A DNA stretch of 64,000 bases from an uncultured delta proteobacterium (GCA_963790475.1 CAWBOS010000006.1:1-64000); one strand, 5' to 3'; positions 1 to 11,579 are shown, counted from the first letter of the stretch. Notes: generated by a model from the sequence alone, not told the origin. Numbers and translations are program-made.

Positions 1-127
1 CAATGGGATGTAAGTATATAAAAATAATCCTGATAGGAAGCGAACGGACTTGCCTACACAGGACGGCTTTAAATAATATTTGACAAATAAGCCCGTCTCA
101 ATTAAGTTCGTATACGAACGGTTAATC

Positions 128-552
128 ATGGCTAAAAAACATAAAATAAATTCGGATTGTTATATTTTTCTCCTTTCCAGGGCCAGCCAGAAAGGCCATC
201 AACTGGTTCAAAAGCGTCTGGAACCTTATGAGATCACCAACATCCAATATGTGGTACTGGAAATGCTCTGGAATCAGGATGGTCTCACGGCGGTGGAACT
301 GGGCAGGCGGCTGATCGATCCAAGGCCACCTTGTCCGGGATATTGGACCGAATGGTTCACGGCGGGTGGGTGATTAAAAGTCCGGGAGAAAGGGATAAAA
401 GAATAATCCGGCTGTTTCCGTCCGAAAAGGCCCGGACCTTGAAGAAGAAGCTGATCAAGGAACGGGAAAAGGCCAATGAAGAGCTTTTGGCCGGTTTCAA
501 CAAAGATGAGAAGGTATTATTAAAAAAGCTTCTCTTGGAAATATTATTGTAA
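128..552 (+). CDS. MarR-family transcriptional regulator, frameshifted near 320
   Basis: ORFs 80..373 and 331..552 join into a MarR wHTH (ITNIQYVVLEMLW..DGLTAVELG / LSGILDRMV..GWV..DKRIIRL); ATG at 128. Confidence 0.8.
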
Positions 553-581
553 AACCAAAACCAAAATTAAGGGAGCTCGCC

Positions 582-2838
582 ATGGAAGAATGGAAAAAAA
601 CGACTTGTGTATTGTGCGGTAATCTTTGCGGCCTGGAAGTCCGGGTGGAAAATAACCGGATTGTAAAGGTCCGCGGAGACAAGGACAATCCCCGGAGTGA
701 AGGTTATGTCTGTCGAAAGGGTTTAAATATTCCTTTTCACCAGCATCATGCCGACCGGCTTAAATACCCGCTGAAGAAGGCAGGAGAGACTTTCACCAGG
801 ATTTCCTGGGACCAGGCCATCGAGGAAGTATCCCAAAAACTTTCCACAATCGTCAAAGATCACGGACCGCGCGCCTTGGCCCTCATGGGCGGCGGAACCA
901 TCGGCTGCCCTTCACAAGGCCCCTTTGCCGTAGGTCTGCTCCGGGCCATGGGGTCCCAGTATTTTTACAATGCCCTGGCTCAGGAACTGACCGGCCGATA
1001 TTGGGCGGACGGCAAGAGCTTCGGGGATCAGAACCTCCATACCCATCCGGACCTGGAAAAAACCGACATGCTTCTGACCGTGGGATGGAACCCGATCATG
1101 AGCCACCACACCCCTCAAGCCCGGCGGGTGCTTACCCAATTCAGCAAGGACCCCAACAAGATGTTAGTTGTTGTTGATCCGAGGCGTTCGGAAACCGCCA
1201 AGATCGCCGATATTCATCTACCGATACGTCCGGGAACGGACGCACTCCTGTTTCGGGCCATGATTTCAATCATAGTCAATGAGGGTTGGGAAAACCGGGG
1301 ATATATTGAAGAACATGTCAGGGGTTATGAACAAATTAAGCCGTTGTTTTCCAACTTCGACGCCAGAGAGGCCCTGAAGGTCTGCGAACTGGACTATGAT
1401 CAGGTCCGGGAAGTAGGCCGCCAATTTGCATCCCGCCGGTCCAGTTATCGGAGCGATCTGGGCGTGCTCATGAACCGCCACAGCACTCTGATTTCATATC
1501 TTGAAAACGTCTTTCTCACAATTTGCGGCCGAATCGGGGCCAAGGGCGGCAATATTTTCGACCCGGGGCTTAAGGCGTCCCCAGAATAAAGGTGCCCGGT
1601 CAGGAACAGGAAGGACGGGCCTGGCGGACGGTGGCCACCGACTTTCCCCCCATCACCAACCTTTATCCCCCCAATGTCATGCCGGAGGAAATACTTAACG
1701 ACCATCCGGACCGTCTGCGGGCTGTTATGGTCAGCGCAGCCAATCCCCTCCGGTCCTTCGCCGACACCTCGGCCTACGAAAAGGCCTTTAAGCAGTTGGA
1801 TTTCCTGTGCTCACCGTGGATATCGCCATGACCGAGACGGCTTCTCTTTCTCATTACGTCCTGCCCGCCCTCTCGGCCTATGAATCCTGGGACGGGGGTG
1901 GCGCCACCGGGTTCCCCAAAACCTTCATGCAATTCCGAAGGCCGGTGGTGGAGCCTGAAGGAGAACAAATCGAGGCCGGAGAGATTTTTACTCGGCTGGC
2001 CGATCGTCTGGGGTTCATTCCTCCCATTCCCGCCTCCCTTTATGAAGCGGCGGAAGGAGGAAACCGGCTGCAATTCGGCGGGGCGTTGATGGTCTTCCTG
2101 AAGGATCACCCCGAAGCAGGCAGACGAATGCCTTATATCCTTTCTAAAACCCTTGGGAAAAAGCTGGGTTCCGGAAATCTAGCCTCTCTCTGGGGAAGAC
2201 TGCAAACCCTTCCGGCACCGGCTCAGGAACGGGCTGTTAGAGCCGGATTTATCTCCGGACCGGGGTTGGGGGATGCCGTCTTTCAGGCCGTCATCGATCA
2301 TCCCCAAGGGGTTTACACCGGTGAGTGCGATCCTGAAACCTGGGATCAATTCCAGCTCGTAGCTACGGAGGATAGACGGATCAACCTGGATGTCCCGGAG
2401 ATGGCCGATTGGCTGAAAGAAATCGATCCGGGGGCCGAGGAGAAACGGCTTAGACAGGACGAGAATATCTTCCCCCTTATCATGTCCTCGGGTCGTCACT
2501 GGGATGTGAACGCCAATACGCAGATGCGTGATCCCGATTGGAACAAAGGGAAGCGGGCCTGTACCTTGACCATGCACCCCAAGGATGCGGAAAAGTTCGG
2601 CCTTCACGATGGCCAGATGGTCAAGGTGATTACGGAGGCAGGACAAGAGATCATTGAGTTGGAGGTAACAGAAATGACCCGGCCGGGTTATGCGGTTATG
2701 CCCCATGGGTTCGGTTTGGTGCACCAGGGGAAAACCTATGGGGCCAACGCCAACCGTTTGGCTAAAAACACCCATCGGGACCGGATCGCCGGCACGCCCT
2801 TGCATCGGTTTATCCGCTGTCGGGTGGAAGGGACTTAA
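582..2838 (+). CDS. Molybdopterin-dependent oxidoreductase, split by frameshifts near 1560-1600 and 1805
   Basis: N-terminal CxxCxxxC..C Fe-S motif, VVDPRRSETA, and a C-terminal molybdopterin dinucleotide-binding domain (MHPKDA..GL.DG..V) across ORFs 582, 1592 and 1807. Confidence 0.85.
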
Positions 2839-2883
2839 TGCGAAAATAGGGTTTTCAACGCCCTTAACCTCAATTGGGGCCTT

Positions 2884-2911
2884 GTAGGGCGGGTTTGAAA
2901 CCCGCCCCTAC
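2884..2911. repeat. GTAG-type REP-like palindrome
   Basis: GTAGGGCGGGTTT-G-AAACCCGCCCCTAC between convergent genes. Confidence 0.6.
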
Positions 2912-2984
2912 GGGTCCTTTTCATGATTCGCGGCGACCTTGCGGGGCTTAAAGGTTTGATGATAAGGCTGATCTTGTCGAACTA

Positions 2985-3710
2985 TCAGGACCACAGGTAT
3001 TTGCCCCGATCGGTTAAAAACTCCTTGTAAATTTTGTAATAGTCGGTGTCTTCATAACGGGTTTCGGTAATGGGGATGGTATCGAAGTTGTAGATCGTCG
3101 CCTTGGGGTAGGACAGCAAAATGGGGGAATGGGTTACGATGATAAACTGCGCCAAACCGGTCTCACTGGTTTCTTTCAGGATTCTCAGCAATTCGATCTG
3201 TTTTTTGGGTGAAAGGGCGTTTTCCGGTTCATCGAGAAAGTACAATCCTTTTCTTCGGTAGGTGCTATCGAAATATTGGATATGCCTTTGCCCGTGGGAG
3301 CGGGAAATGAGCGAGTCTCCACCGAAATAATCAAATAGCTTGGGACTGGGTTTGGCCCAGGAATCGATGCATTCGGCCAGATATCGGAATATTTCAGAAT
3401 CAAAGTACGAACCCGGAACGGTGCCGTCGTTCCATTCCACCTCGATATATTTATAAAGCTCTTCGGCATATTTATTCTGATAAAAAGCCCTTCTTTCATA
3501 GCCCTCTTCATCCCGCCAGATATGGATGGAGCATCTGAGGGCAATGGCTTTCAACAGGGTGGATTTGCCCGTTCCGTTTTCCCCGATAAAAAAGGTCAGG
3601 TGCTGGGTTAAATTCAAGGCTTCTGTTTTTCGAAAAATTTCCAGGTTGAAGGGATAACAATCTGTTATCGGGAATCGTTCGCTGTGGATACTTATTTTTC
3701 TTAAATGCAC
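2985..3710 (-). CDS. Predicted ABC/AAA-type ATPase (COG3910-like)
   Basis: Walker A GENGTGKST, SHGQ signature, LDEPENALSP, VTHSPIL. Confidence 0.85.
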   Translation of the reverse strand: MHLRKISIHSERFPITDCYPFNLEIFRKTEALNLTQHLTFFIGENGTGKSTLLKAIALRCSIHIWRDEEGYERRAFYQNKYAEELYKYIEVEWNDGTVPGSYFDSEIFRYLAECIDSWAKPSPKLFDYFGGDSLISRSHGQRHIQYFDSTYRRKGLYFLDEPENALSPKKQIELLRILKETSETGLAQFIIVTHSPILLSYPKATIYNFDTIPITETRYEDTDYYKIYKEFLTDRGKYLWS

Positions 3711-3831
3711 TAATCACCTTCGTAATTTTCTTGCTTCACCAAGATCTGTTAAAAAATATCGTCGTTGGATCTGGCCTTTAATCGTTCGGGATTGCCTGAA
3801 AAACAGGAGGGAATTGGCACCCCTACCCCGG

Positions 3832-4872
3832 TCATTTCGTGACGGTAATAAAATCCAGCATCCCGCCCTCGCCTACCGGCAGGCGCTCAATGGTTTTAAA
3901 ACCAGCCCTGGACAGCAGTTCATCCTGTTCTTCTTGGGCGAGATGGACGATGCCGCCCAAGGCCTCAAAATACTGCTCAATGATCCCGTAATCGAATCTC
4001 GGGTTTCTAAAGTCCTCCAACCGGCCGGGATAAGGATAATCCAGGATCAAAAGCCGCCCCCCTTTTTTCAAGGCCTGAAAGGTCTTAGACAATGCTTCCC
4101 GGCGGACCTCCGGCAGGATTTCGTGGAGGGTCAGGATCATCCCGGCCAGGTCGAAGGCCTCATGAAAATTGATGTCCTCAGCGCTTATGTTTTCCACGGT
4201 CAGCCGGTCTTCCAATCCGAGTTCGGAAATCGATCGCTCGGCATTCTCAATGCCGTAGATATCAGGATCGATACCGGTAAAGGCGCTCTTCTTGAAAACC
4301 TGAGCGAACTCCAGGATCAAATGACCACTCCCGCAACCTACATCCAAAAAAGCGCAACCCTTTTCCAGTTGGTTCTTAAGATGATCGTTGACCGGGAAAA
4401 TCATAGACAGAAAAACCGTTGAGATACTTCTTGTTCCCCGGCCGGCGACAAATGAAGTCAAAGATGATTTAACCGTATAAGTCGGCCTGCCGGTCCGGAT
4501 ATATTCAAAGAACGGATCATCGATTCCATCGAATTGGGTATTGCCGTCGGGCCGGTCTTTCCTTTGGGGATTCGGCCGAAAGGACATATCAAGCCCCAGG
4601 ACCTCTTCCAGAAAAGGTTGCAGTCTGAATCGGCCTCGCTCATCACAGTCGAGAATTTCAAAATGATAGGCTGTTTGGCACCAGATCTTCAAAAAAGGTT
4701 CATAGAGCATCAGCTTTAGGGCCAGATCAGGTACCGTGAGACCTTCAAGGGATTCGGCCAGGGCATCCAGCATTCCGAACCGGAAGCCGGTATTGATGAC
4801 CTGAGTCGCCCGGTGGCCTTTTTCAAAAGAACGCACCTTGGCGATTTGATCCAGTATGGTTATTTCGGACAT
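3832..4872 (-). CDS. Class I SAM-dependent methyltransferase with N-terminal wHTH/dimerisation region
   Basis: LDVGCGSG motif I, LHE, LKKGGRLLILD. Confidence 0.85.
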   Translation of the reverse strand: MSEITILDQIAKVRSFEKGHRATQVINTGFRFGMLDALAESLEGLTVPDLALKLMLYEPFLKIWCQTAYHFEILDCDERGRFRLQPFLEEVLGLDMSFRPNPQRKDRPDGNTQFDGIDDPFFEYIRTGRPTYTVKSSLTSFVAGRGTRSISTVFLSMIFPVNDHLKNQLEKGCAFLDVGCGSGHLILEFAQVFKKSAFTGIDPDIYGIENAERSISELGLEDRLTVENISAEDINFHEAFDLAGMILTLHEILPEVRREALSKTFQALKKGGRLLILDYPYPGRLEDFRNPRFDYGIIEQYFEALGGIVHLAQEEQDELLSRAGFKTIERLPVGEGGMLDFITVTK

Positions 4873-4979
4873 CGTCGGAACTTCTCTTGAGAACGAAAAA
4901 AAGGGGAAAGGTTTTTGTAGAAATATAATCCTGTTCCCGGAAGACTATCCGGACTCCGGGAACAGGATTATTGGGGTTT

Positions 4980-6116
4980 TTAAAAAGCTTCCATTCCTTT
5001 GGTCAGTAAGGTTTGGGCTACTTTCTCATAATGATAAGTGGTGCTTCCGCAAATCATGGAGAAGGGATGCGCCCTTCGATAGTAAAGGGCGACATCGGCC
5101 TCTCTGGTGGTTCCAATCGCGCCATATATCTTGACGGCCCTTTCCGTTACGAAGCGGTAAGCCTCATTGGCAATGGCCTTCAGGGCTGATGCATCTCGCA
5201 TGAAGTTCCCCCCTTCATCGATCATGCAGGTCACCCGATACAGATAATTGTTACAGGTATCGTAGGCCAATAACATATTGGCCATGAAATGCTGAATGGC
5301 CTGATAGCCCCCGATAGGATTCCCGTATTGCTCACGTTCCCGGGCATATTTGGCGGTCATGTCGATAGCCGCCCGGCAGCCGCCGGACATCTCGGCCGCC
5401 TTGGCCACGGTCGCTTTGGCATACATTTTTTCCAGCAGGTCTGTTCCGGCGCCCGGAGCCCCGAGCATATCCTTCTTGGCTACCTTGACGTCCTTAAAAA
5501 TGACCTCGCAGGCATTTTCCGACGACACATAGGGCAGTTTGGTAATCTTGACCCCTGGAGCCTTGGCATCTACCAGAAACAGGCTGAGACCGGCATTACC
5601 GGCCTGAGCGGCCACAATCAATTTCTCGGCGATATTGGCATCCATGACGAACAGCTTGGTCCCGTTTAATATAAAATTATCGCCCTGGGGTTCGGCCTTC
5701 ATCTGGATACTTTCAAAACTATAGTCCGTTTCCGGTTCATATTGGGCCAGGGCCATGATAAGGCTGCCTTCGGCGATACGGCCCAATAAATCCGTTTTTT
5801 GCTCTTCGCTGCCGCCTTCCAATACCAGCAGTCCAGACTGAATAACGGTGGAGAAAAAAGGGCTCGGGAAAACAGCCTTGCCGATTTCCTCCTGGATAAT
5901 GGTCAGATCCATGAAAGTCCCGCCATACCCGCCGTATTCTTCAGGGAAGTACATACCCGTCCAACCCAGCTCGGCCACCTTCTGCCACAACTCCGGTGAG
6001 TACCCCTCTTCGGTCTCTTCGATGTGTTTGACCTTTTCAAAATTACATTCATTAATGAAAAATTTCGCTGCGGAGTCCCTGAGCATCGTTTGTTCTGAAG
6101 TGAAATCAAGATCCAT
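4980..6116 (-). CDS. Acyl-CoA dehydrogenase family protein (probable partner subunit of a heteromeric ACAD)
   Basis: ELGWTG..PEEYGG, LNGTKLFV, YAREREQYG.PIG.YQAIQH. Confidence 0.9.
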   Translation of the reverse strand: MDLDFTSEQTMLRDSAAKFFINECNFEKVKHIEETEEGYSPELWQKVAELGWTGMYFPEEYGGYGGTFMDLTIIQEEIGKAVFPSPFFSTVIQSGLLVLEGGSEEQKTDLLGRIAEGSLIMALAQYEPETDYSFESIQMKAEPQGDNFILNGTKLFVMDANIAEKLIVAAQAGNAGLSLFLVDAKAPGVKITKLPYVSSENACEVIFKDVKVAKKDMLGAPGAGTDLLEKMYAKATVAKAAEMSGGCRAAIDMTAKYAREREQYGNPIGGYQAIQHFMANMLLAYDTCNNYLYRVTCMIDEGGNFMRDASALKAIANEAYRFVTERAVKIYGAIGTTREADVALYYRRAHPFSMICGSTTYHYEKVAQTLLTKGMEAF

Positions 6117-6131
6117 ATTCTATACCCCCCC

Positions 6132-7337
6132 TCATCCTTGACCTTTTAACCTTGGCAGGCCGCAGCCCACCCAGGCAATGATATTACGTTGAATTTCATT
6201 GGAACCGGCGCAAATAATGCTGCCGATGATGGATTGATACATGGTGATCATGCTGCCGTGCAATGGAGCCCAACTTGAACTCTCCAGGTTGCCGGGCAGT
6301 CCCATGATTTCTAAGGCAAAATCAGCCGTGCGCTGAGTCAGTTCCGTACCGAATACCTTGGACTCCGAGGCCGCGGCCGGTGAAAAACGCAGATTACCTT
6401 TCTCCTGAAGCCAGGCAATCCGGTAAGCCTGGGCACGTCCGGCTTCCATATCGGCGTAGATCCTTCCAATTTTTTGACGAACGAGAGGATCTTCATAAAG
6501 ATATTTGCCGGCCCGTTTGGTTGTTTTGACATATTCGATAATCTGCTCTAAATGTCTTCTGATTCTGGAAAAAGTACCTATTCCCGATCTTTCGAAATTC
6601 ATGGTGTCCCGGGTTATACTCCACCCCTGATTCTCGGCCCCGATCCGCTCGGATTCATGGATCTTCACATCGGTAAACCAGACCTCGTTATAAATATGAG
6701 CACCATCCATATATTTGATGGGCCTTACTTCAATGCCCGGCCAGGCAAAATCGACGTTAAAGACCGACAATCCTCTTCCCCTTTTTTCGGCCGGATTGGT
6801 CCGGGCCAGCAGAAACATGTGATCGGCCTTGTGTGCCCCGGTGGTCCATGTTTTTTGCCCGTTAACCATGTAATACTCCCCATCCTTAACCGCCGTCGTC
6901 CTGAGTGAGGCCAGGTCCGATCCGGCATTCGGTTCACTCCAGCCCTGGGAATACTGAACTTCACCGCGGGCAATGGGAAGAAGGATTCTTTTTTTCTGTT
7001 CTTCCGTACCATGAAGAAGAATGGTCGGACCGAACATCCCCACCCCAAAGCCGTCGATCCCAGGCACGCCGTAATAGCCCATGGATTCATTGAAGATCAG
7101 CTGCTCGATCAAAGGCGCATTTCTTCCGCCGTATTCCTTCGGCCAGTGTTGAACATACCAGTTCTTCTCAACAAGCTTCTTCCTCATAGTCCTGCTGAAA
7201 TCGTAGCCCTCGTCCGAGTATGATGCTTCCAAACCGCCCTTGAAACAAATGGGTGGGGCTTTTTTCATTTCCTCCCTGAAAAAATCATCATATTCTTCCT
7301 TCAACTTTTGTTGTGCTTCGGTCAACTTGAAATCCAT
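6132..7337 (-). CDS. Acyl-CoA dehydrogenase
   Basis: SEPNAGSDLASL, NGQKTWTT, GSNEIQRNIIA. Confidence 0.92.
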   Translation of the reverse strand: MDFKLTEAQQKLKEEYDDFFREEMKKAPPICFKGGLEASYSDEGYDFSRTMRKKLVEKNWYVQHWPKEYGGRNAPLIEQLIFNESMGYYGVPGIDGFGVGMFGPTILLHGTEEQKKRILLPIARGEVQYSQGWSEPNAGSDLASLRTTAVKDGEYYMVNGQKTWTTGAHKADHMFLLARTNPAEKRGRGLSVFNVDFAWPGIEVRPIKYMDGAHIYNEVWFTDVKIHESERIGAENQGWSITRDTMNFERSGIGTFSRIRRHLEQIIEYVKTTKRAGKYLYEDPLVRQKIGRIYADMEAGRAQAYRIAWLQEKGNLRFSPAAASESKVFGTELTQRTADFALEIMGLPGNLESSSWAPLHGSMITMYQSIIGSIICAGSNEIQRNIIAWVGCGLPRLKGQG

Positions 7338-7832
7338 AAATTCCTCCTCTTGATTTTCAATTGTACCTCAAACCCACTTGATTTAATTTGTTGTCTTTAA
7401 CCCTTATCAAGGTTCCTCTGAGACCGAAAGACCCCCGGAAGATTATCGCTTCTTTAGTCAGGAGACTAAATCGGCGATAGGGAGATCTTTACTCCTTCCT
7501 TTCCTTACAGCGAACCGGCTCATTTCATTGATTCTTTCAGGAACGCGATGAGGGTTCTTTAATTCATTATAAGAATATAATTTAGGGATAAAAAGAAAGT
7601 CAAGGAGAAAAGCAATAAGAAAAGAAGCCCGCGGCGAAATAAGAGGCAAGGAAGTATTCGAAAACCGATCGGTTTCAACTTCCTTGAACTGGAAGTCTCA
7701 GTTCCCTGGCGGATGAGCCCTCCCCATTTTCCCTTTACCGGTAGTATCGAAATAGGCGAGATGATCTCAAAAGGACTAAGAAACTACTCTGATATCCAAT
7801 CCGGAATTAAATGCGGGTTGGGATTGGAAGAT

Positions 7833-7909
7833 TGGTCGGGACGACTGGATTTGAACCAGCGACCCCAGCGTCCCGAACGCTGTGCTCTACCAGGCTGAGC
7901 CACGTCCCG
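7833..7909 (-). tRNA. tRNA-Pro(CGG)
   Basis: Reverse complement CGGGACGTGGCTCAGCCTGGTAGAGCA-CAGCG TTCGGGA CGCTG-GGGTCGCTGGTTCAAATCCAGTCGTCCCGACCA: 77-nt cloverleaf with encoded CCA. Confidence 0.97.
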
Positions 7910-7951
7910 ACAATAAATATATAACACCGGAGTTCTTTTTTGTAAAGAGGT

Positions 7952-8056
7952 TTAACCTTCGGACAGGATATCCACAAAATTTTTCAAGATCCTGGCCGTG
8001 GCCCCCCAGATGATATCCCCCTGATAATCAAAATATAGGTTGATGACCGACCGCCC
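7952..8056 (-). pseudogene. 3' remnant of a Nudix CoA-pyrophosphatase-like gene
   Basis: Manual translation gives GRSVINLYFDYQGDIIWGATARILKNFVDILSEG*; IWGATARIL is the typical C-terminal motif of CoA Nudix hydrolases; no own start. Confidence 0.6.
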
Positions 8057-9086
8057 CCGTAACCGGCATGGTCAGATTGCGAACCACCTTCGGGTTGCCG
8101 TCTTTGGCGTTATGGGTCATGGCGATGATCAGCCGCCTGGCACCCCGGGCCAGGTCCATGGAGCCGCCGATGCGGGGGGTTTTATTTTCTTCACTGGTCG
8201 CATGGACGGCTACATCACCCTTTTCAGAGACTTGCAGGCCGCCGAGAATGCTGATCAGACGACCGCTTCTGATCATGCAAAATGATGTCAATTGATCGAA
8301 AAAGGCCATACCCGGTAAAGACCGGAAGTATCGCATACCGGCATCTATCATATCCGGATCAATGAAGTCCAGATCATTATTTTCGTAGACCGGGCCGTAT
8401 CCGATTACTCCGTTCTCACTCTGGACCATCACCCCTTCGGGAATATAGGACACACATAGTAAAGGCACGCCGATTCCCAGATTACAGTAATCCCCCGACG
8501 CCAGTTCTTTGGCGGCCCTCATAGCTGTCAGCTCATCAGTCAGTCGGTAGACCAGATTGCCCAGCCTGTCGGCCTTGGCCGCGCTGATAAGCCCGACGTC
8601 CGGCCTGATCGGTTCCTGGAAAAGATATTCAACCCCGTTGATAACCCGCTTCTCCTTTCCCTCCTCAATCACCGTACCGACACCGATCGGGCTATAAATA
8701 CCTCCAAGTCCCAGGGCGGCGGGATAGAGCCGCTCAACGAGATTGCCGTGGGACATACTTTCAAATTCGAGCGAACCCTCTTGCAAACGCTTATTAATCT
8801 CCTCAGCAATGGGGGCTACTTCCTCAGCGCGTATACTGGTAAAGGCGGCCATGATTTTTTTGGTCTGGGCCAGGATTAAGGATGGATCGGGAGTGCCTTT
8901 TTCTCTGAGCACGTTTGCTTTAGGCACATAGTTATTGATGCATAAGGTCAGATCTTTCGCGCCATGGCCCAGGAGTGCTCGCCAAAGATGGGCCGGGGAG
9001 CCGGGGCCCCAAAAATTAGCGATCACCAGATCGCCGTCCCGGATTTTGGCCACGGCTTCGGCAGCGGTTGAAATCTTATTGATCAT
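8028..9086 (-). pseudogene. 3-oxoacid CoA-transferase alpha/beta fusion, apparently deleted internally and at the C-terminus
   Basis: Alpha part ends at KADRLGNLVYR and runs straight into the beta start (AMRAAKEL..NLGIG, SENG, GGSMDL); expected alpha tail and beta tail are missing. Confidence 0.65.
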
Positions 9087-9109
9087 AAGCGTTTCTCCTT
9101 TTTCACATC

Positions 9110-10000
9110 TTAAGCGGACGCCTTTCTTGTATGGGCTGAGATGGCCTTGACGATCTGCAGCCAGGGTCCCCGATGGGGCGGGTAGTGGCCCATGCCTTTG
9201 ATGATCATCAATTCAGCCCCGGGAATGGTTTCAGCGGCATCCAGGGCATTTTCTACAGGTAGTAGGGGGTCCTCATCCCCGTGAATAACCAAAGTAGGTA
9301 CCGTTATTGATTGGAGCGCAGGCCGCCGGTTCTTGTTTGCCAGACGGGCTAAAAGGTGCCGGCCATTCCCCTCAGGATAATAGCAGCGATCGTAGGCCCG
9401 GGCCGATATCTGACGGATCCATTCTTCATCCAAGGAAAAGCCCGATCCTGAAATAACTCGAGACATCTGTATCGCCTTATCAACATAGGCCGCACGGTCG
9501 GCACCGGTTGGTGCCCGAAGCAGATTCGTGATTTCAGGCTTGGGCTGCGGCAAATCGGGATTATAGGTTGGGGCAGAGATCAAAATGAGACTCAACAACC
9601 GTTCCGGGTGGTTGATGGCGATAGTTTGAGCAATGGCTCCCCCCATAGAAAGGCCGCAGATATGGGCTTTTTTGATGTTTAAATAATCGAGTAACCCCAC
9701 GGCATCATCCCCCATATCCTTTAAGGTATAGGGTACGCTGATCTCCTCTCCTCTGGACAAAGCCTTCAACATCCCTGAGACATCAGGGGCACCGGCCTCT
9801 TCCAATTTACTGGATAGCCCCGTGTCGCGGTTGTCAAAGATGATAACCCGGTGGCCCTCATCGACCAATTGCCGCAGAACCTCCTGCGACCATCCAGTCA
9901 ATTGGGATCCCAAACCCATAATTAACAGGAGAGGTCTTCCGGATCGATCTCCGAAGGTTTCATACTCTATTTCGATCCCATTGGCTTGAGCTTTTGGCAT
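9110..10000 (-). CDS. Alpha/beta hydrolase
   Basis: FDNRDTGLS, GLSMGG nucleophile elbow, HGDEDP, GMGH; RBS AAGGAGG. Confidence 0.9.
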   Translation of the reverse strand: MPKAQANGIEIEYETFGDRSGRPLLLIMGLGSQLTGWSQEVLRQLVDEGHRVIIFDNRDTGLSSKLEEAGAPDVSGMLKALSRGEEISVPYTLKDMGDDAVGLLDYLNIKKAHICGLSMGGAIAQTIAINHPERLLSLILISAPTYNPDLPQPKPEITNLLRAPTGADRAAYVDKAIQMSRVISGSGFSLDEEWIRQISARAYDRCYYPEGNGRHLLARLANKNRRPALQSITVPTLVIHGDEDPLLPVENALDAAETIPGAELMIIKGMGHYPPHRGPWLQIVKAISAHTRKASA

Positions 10001-10171
10001 GATCATTACCTCCTTTTTATTTGACCGGGAGGCCACCTCTTTTTATTATAAATGCTCTACACTATTAAAAGATAATAAAAGATAGGAATGTGTTGGCTGA
10101 ATTTTTTTTAATGGGAAGAGTATAAGGCAGGAAAAAGAGAGGGGCAAGGAGAAAAGCCGGGCTTTTTACTC

Positions 10172-11299
10172 TCAGGCAGATAGCTCTCCGATCCACTTGC
10201 TGGCACTGACAATAGAGATATTTCCAAGCTGTTGTTCCCGTCGGAGATTTTGAACCAGCTGAAAAGCCTTGGCCTCAGGGAGTTTCTTTGCCAGCAGAGT
10301 AAGCGACGGGGAAGGCGCATCGTCTGAAAGCTTTACCTCGATGAGATGCGTCGCCCTGCCTTTCTGACTGAGCACAAAGTCAACCTCTTTTCCTTCTTTG
10401 GTTCTAATGTAATGGAGTTCAATATCCTCACCGGCGATGTCCTGTAGATACTGAACGTGTTTTAATAGACAAACCGCGCAGGTGTTTTCCAATTGAATTC
10501 CCTCGCCGCCCTGAACAAAACCGCTGTCGTAAAAATACAGTTTGGGCTCTTTTAAGATCGCCCGGGCCACATTCTTATGAAAGGGACGCACCGTAAATAC
10601 AATGCAGAGGCGCTCCAGAATATCAATATATCTGCGCACGGTATTGGGCGCGATCTGCAGATCCTGCGCAATCGAAGTATAAGAAACCGGCGAACCGACC
10701 CGTGAGCGAAGAAGCTCAAGAAGCATCCGCATGGATCTGACCTCCTGTAGCCTACCGAACTCCAGGATATCTTCCCGGATCAGGTCGGTATAATACTGAT
10801 TTCTCCAGCGGGCGGCTTCCGTTTCGGAACCGGACAGGAATGGTTCCGGAAAGCCGCCCAGTCGGTTCAGAAGCGGCAGGGCCTCATCGGGAGGCAGGGT
10901 GCCTTTGAGTTCACGAACGGAGATCGGATTGAGACGCATCGGGAAGTAGCGCCCGGCAAGGGACTCGCCGGATTGTCGATAGGTGTCAAGTCTTGCGCTG
11001 CCGGTAAGCAGAACAGCTTGATTTTCCGAGCGCGTGTCAAAAACGCCTTTAACGAATCTTTTCCATTCCCGCCTCTTGTGGATTTCATCAAGAATAAGCA
11101 GATCGCTTTTGAGCGGCCAGGACTGGGCATCAATGATTCTGGCATCAGCGATATGGTCATAGTTCAAATACTGGGGTGATAGGAATTCCGGCATCAGAGC
11201 TTTGGCCAGCCATGTTTTGCCCACCTGTCGGGGACCGGTCAGAATGACCATCTTTTTGAGCAGATCTTTCTTAATCGGATCGTAAAGATATCTTTTCAT
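10172..11299 (-). CDS. AAA_14 ATPase with DUF4143-type C-terminal domain
   Basis: GPRQVGKT, LDEIH, TGS..ESLAGR, KLYFYDSG, EVDF..IEVK PD-(D/E)xK-like tail. Confidence 0.88.
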   Translation of the reverse strand: MKRYLYDPIKKDLLKKMVILTGPRQVGKTWLAKALMPEFLSPQYLNYDHIADARIIDAQSWPLKSDLLILDEIHKRREWKRFVKGVFDTRSENQAVLLTGSARLDTYRQSGESLAGRYFPMRLNPISVRELKGTLPPDEALPLLNRLGGFPEPFLSGSETEAARWRNQYYTDLIREDILEFGRLQEVRSMRMLLELLRSRVGSPVSYTSIAQDLQIAPNTVRRYIDILERLCIVFTVRPFHKNVARAILKEPKLYFYDSGFVQGGEGIQLENTCAVCLLKHVQYLQDIAGEDIELHYIRTKEGKEVDFVLSQKGRATHLIEVKLSDDAPSPSLTLLAKKLPEAKAFQLVQNLRREQQLGNISIVSASKWIGELSA

Positions 11300-11317
11300 G
11301 TCTGATTATTTAGCAGG

Positions 11318-11351
11318 GCTTTGCACAAAAGTCAAGACTATTATGCAAAGC
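11318..11351. promoter_or_regulatory. Imperfect palindrome upstream of the AAA_14 gene (putative operator)
   Basis: GCTTTGCA-CAAAAGTC-AA-GACTATTA-TGCAAAGC, overlapping TTGACT on the minus strand. Confidence 0.45.
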
Positions 11352-11579
11352 ACTGCGCAATAGTCGTAGCGTAATGGCGCGGCTGACCTCATCCTTCTTC
11401 GTCAGTTGTGTCCAGAAGAAATTTTCAGAAAGTTTAGCTTAGAAGAGGCCGAACTTAATCAAGGAAAAAGTTTTGACGATCTTTGAAGAATGATTTTCTT
11501 CTTAAAAGCATCTTTTCGGGGATAAAAAGTTCGTTTTAAGCTCTTTAAATGGCCTCATTTTAAAAAATTAAAAGGGAAT

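Noticed and set aside
7713-7898. 61-aa plus-strand ORF
   Set aside because: Spurious; overlaps the tRNA antisense
7833-7909. tRNA-Pro as the attachment site of an island
   Set aside because: No duplicated tRNA 3' end or integrase was seen, and the tRNA 3' end points away from the accessory region
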